The position numbers and the translations under genes were made by a program. From Rhynchobatus australiae (taxonomy: Eukaryota): DNA of 61,192 nt. Shown here piece after piece: positions 13,595-61,192 of the stretch. The DNA lies in the NCBI GenBank assembly GCA_034780895.1, contig JAUZTB010000057.1, positions 28,611,216-28,672,407 of the forward strand. The letters run 5' to 3'. Each line of letters starts with the position of its first letter. Position 1 is the first letter of the stretch. The notes below the pieces were generated by a model, which worked only from the letters and a program-made list of their open reading frames with translations, did no database searches and was not told the DNA's origin.

Positions 13595-13790
13595 CAATCT
13601 GCTGGAGGAACAGTGCATCAGGCAGTATCTGTGAGAGGAAAGATGTTGTCAACATTTCAGGTTAAAACCCTACATCAGGACATGAAATGTCAACAATTCC
13701 TTTGCTCCCACAGATGCTGCTTGACCCTCAAGTTCCTCCAGCGCATTGTCTGTTGCTCCAGATTCCAGCATCTACAGTCTCTTGCATTTC
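13595..13790 (+). mobile_element. Short palindromic non-autonomous element (acagatgctgc family) with 14-bp target-site duplication
   Basis: ctgaaaagggtcaa at both 13581-13594 and 13791-13804; internal inverted arms ctggaggaac/gttcctccag. Confidence 0.75.
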
Positions 13791-14216
13791 CTGAAAAGGG
13801 TCAATGATCTTAGGAAGAGGCAAGACAATTTTACCCTATAGAAAATGAAGGTTGTGTCAGAATGTGAAACCAGTATTTTAAAAACTGAAGCAATTGCTAA
13901 ATAGCTTACTGACTCTCAGAGTCAGGGTCATACATTTTGGACACCAAGGGAATAGGTAGGAAGATTAAAAGGACTGGATAGACTGATCATACTGAATGGC
14001 ACAGGAGAGACTGTTATGAAACGCTTCTGCTCCTGCTGCTTATGATACACACTTTTATTAACAATCACTGATTGTGGGTGAAGGTTAAGAGAGTAGTGGA
14101 ACTATATGGCAGTGAGCATCAACACCTTCAGGAAACATGGTTATTTTTTTAAACTAAGGTGGTAGGTAATAAATCTTACCTTTTCTTTCCATTCTGTTGC
14201 AAACACTGGCACACTT

Positions 14217-61153
<46,937 letters not shown>

Positions 61154-61192
61154 GGTGATCCCCGGCGGACCCGCGCTGCGCTCTGCCGCCGC

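Overview
Eukaryotic vertebrate genomic DNA from a gapped draft assembly. The repeat content (V-SINEs, DeuSINE relics, CR1, RTE and Penelope-like fragments) points to a cartilaginous fish, probably a ray (inference). The window holds a complete PTPN11 (SHP2) gene on the minus strand. I traced all 15 coding exons by hand from ATG 61153 to TGA 14217, all with GT-AG boundaries, giving a 1785-nt CDS (594 aa). An intron follows in the 3' UTR, and a probable poly(A) signal lies at 8367-8372. A GC-rich probable non-coding first exon of the next minus-strand gene lies at about 709-1020 (RPH3A by synteny, not proven). The most unusual signals are both in PTPN11 intron 1. One is an isolated, intact 171-nt exon of the unrelated splicing factor CRNKL1, which is either a captured exon or a misassembly. 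The other is a strong downstream 5' splice site in frame with exon 2, which could give SHP2 alternative N-termini, including one starting MGARVS. I found no prokaryotic-type systems such as CRISPR. Repeat coordinates are approximate and family names come from recognition, not a database search.
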